From Prochlorococcus marinus subsp. pastoris str. CCMP1986 (GTDB lineage Bacteria; Cyanobacteriota; Cyanobacteriia; PCC-6307; Cyanobiaceae), in NCBI RefSeq assembly GCF_000011465.1, contig NC_005072.1:1320001-1352000 (forward strand): a DNA stretch of 32,000 bases. The letters are read 5' to 3'. This document shows, piece by piece, positions 31,516 through 32,000 of this stretch. Each line of letters begins with the position of its first letter. The stretch's first letter is position 1. The translations under genes and the position numbers were made by a program. The notes under the pieces were generated by a model. That model made no database searches and was not told the DNA's origin. It saw only the letters and a list, made by a program, of their open reading frames with translations.

Positions 31516-31803
31516 TTATGGATCAAGCTTCGTTGTTAGTTGGCAAAAAGTAGCATTATTATTTTTGAGACATTTATTGTATTTTGTCTGTAAAACTTTT
31601 TGTGCTTCTTTCTTTATGCAAAGATCCAAGTAATTTTTTGCAAATTGAGTCATCCCAATTTCGTTATATTCTGCATATTTCAAACCTGGTCTTTTGCATT
31701 GAGAGACTATTTGTTTGTAAGTAGGTTCTTTATGAAAAAGATTTGCTTTAACAGCAGTAGGTAAAGCGACAACAGCTAAAAGTGGGAGTAGTAAGCGTTT
31801 CAT
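31516..31803 (-). CDS. secreted Cys-containing hypothetical protein (95 aa)
   Basis: Signal peptide MKRLLLPLLAVVALPTAVKA and four Cys. Its stop abuts the start of 31144-31515. Confidence 0.55.
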   Translation of the reverse strand: MKRLLLPLLAVVALPTAVKANLFHKEPTYKQIVSQCKRPGLKYAEYNEIGMTQFAKNYLDLCIKKEAQKVLQTKYNKCLKNNNATFCQLTTKLDP

Positions 31804-32000
31804 TCAATCTTCTGCATCTTCAAATTCTCTTAGCAAACGAAAAGTTTTGGAAATAAAAGGAAAGATCCAAACAAACAAACCTACTACTGTTATCAAAGCG
31901 ACAAGAAAACCCAAAATTGCTAAGAATCCACCAGTTGCATCTCCTTCGTAAAAGCGATCAAGTCCAATTGGAGCACCAACTCCTAAAAGGAAGAGTCTTG
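31804..32000 (-). CDS. TM2-domain protein (5' end outside window)
   Basis: The minus frame reads ...LLGVGAPIGLDRFYEGDATGGFLAILGFLVALITVVGLFVWIFPFISKTFRLLREFEDAED then stops. G.DRFY.G followed by a second helix is the TM2 signature. Confidence 0.65.
   Translation of the reverse strand, partial: RLFLLGVGAPIGLDRFYEGDATGGFLAILGFLVALITVVGLFVWIFPFISKTFRLLREFEDAED

Noticed and set aside
1-32000. tRNA, rRNA, CRISPR arrays, integrase/transposase genes or IS termini that could define island borders
   Set aside because: I found no T-loop (GGTTCGAATCC-like) or acceptor-stem pattern, no rRNA-like GC-rich blocks and no regularly spaced direct repeats. No ORF has recombinase or DDE-type motifs. The only nuclease-like gene is the HNH endonuclease.

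Overview
Strongly AT-rich segment that looks like a hypervariable genomic island of a high-light-adapted Prochlorococcus-type marine picocyanobacterium. No homology search was possible, so this rests on protein motifs and gene content. Recognisable genes, in window order: a cupin fragment, DUF805 protein, RRM RNA-binding protein, extended SDR reductase, two membrane fatty-acid desaturases, LOG-family protein, HAD hydrolase, SRAP/YedK peptidase, DUF938 methyltransferase, LptF/LptG-type permease, DUF1543 protein, 2OG-Fe(II) oxygenase, cupin-like protein, HNH endonuclease, OstA/LptA-like protein and TM2-domain protein. Between them lie eight hli (high-light-inducible, single-helix CAB) genes at four loci, including a 2-gene and a 4-gene operon with TAATG stop/start overlaps. 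There are also dozens of micro-ORFs of 30-90 codons, many with a single hydrophobic helix. I found no rRNA, tRNA, CRISPR array, integrase or transposase. The most interesting signals are non-coding. (1) A family of at least six extragenic hairpins shares a TAGGGAT-like loop, covarying stems and often an ATCGTCATGAG 5' flank. (2) Two 126-nt structured leader elements lie in inverted orientation at 23811-23937 and 26905-27030. They face outward, each sits upstream of a short ORF, and together they bracket a ~3 kb cassette carrying the 4-gene hli operon. (3) The 16-mer ATGAAACGCTTACTAC recurs five times, as two intact signal-peptide gene starts and three truncated or degenerate copies. (4) A paralog of the 27131-27412 gene is interrupted only by a single in-frame TAG. 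Micro-ORF coordinates come from manual translation and carry low to moderate confidence.
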